Shown here: positions 63,999-64,000 of the stretch, piece after piece
Layout of the letters: every line of letters starts with the position of its first letter
Numbering within the stretch: position 1 is the stretch's first letter
Assembly: GCA_050613775.1 (NCBI GenBank)
Contig: JBODTK010000013.1
Coordinates: 1,178,001 to 1,242,000, forward strand
DNA length: 64,000 bases
Source of the DNA: Neocallimastix sp. 'constans'
Taxonomy: Eukaryota
Direction: 5' to 3'
Program-made: the position numbers and the translations under genes
The notes under the pieces: model-generated
Told to the model about the DNA's origin: nothing
The model's database searches: none
The model's input: only the letters and a program-made list of their open reading frames with translations

Positions 63999-64000
63999 AT

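Overview
Extremely AT-rich eukaryotic DNA with GT-AG introns and long poly-A/T and (AAT)n tracts. Composition and repeat content suggest an anaerobic gut fungus (Neocallimastigomycota); this is inference only. Only two clear host genes are present: a 5-exon histidine-phosphatase/phosphoglycerate-mutase family gene (26479-28201) and an intronless V-ATPase subunit a gene (40574-43045). The rest is transposon-derived. 1-22.8 kb is a nested LTR-retrotransposon cluster: a tRNA-primed element '0', an RT-less chromovirus 'A', an intact chromovirus 'B', an old Gypsy fragment, and a Copia 'C' carrying two solo LTRs. 31-33.8 kb and 44.4-46.9 kb hold Mutator-like remnants. A second Copia 'D' lies at 46963-53164, followed by a compound satellite and two more chromoviruses ('F' degenerate, 'E' truncated by the window edge). 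Most interesting signals: (i) a covarying structured RNA motif shared by the 5' leaders of two differently primed retrotransposons; (ii) tRNA-like Pol III A/B boxes in the LTRs of A and E, with two independent elements inserted just upstream of these boxes in both LTRs of A; (iii) two Copia elements whose PBS matches the anticodon arm of tRNA-Lys(CUU) and whose U5 ends lack the canonical CA; (iv) a recently transposed RT/RNaseH-less chromovirus that keeps one open Gag-PR-partial IN-chromodomain ORF. All alignments were done by eye; no searches were run.
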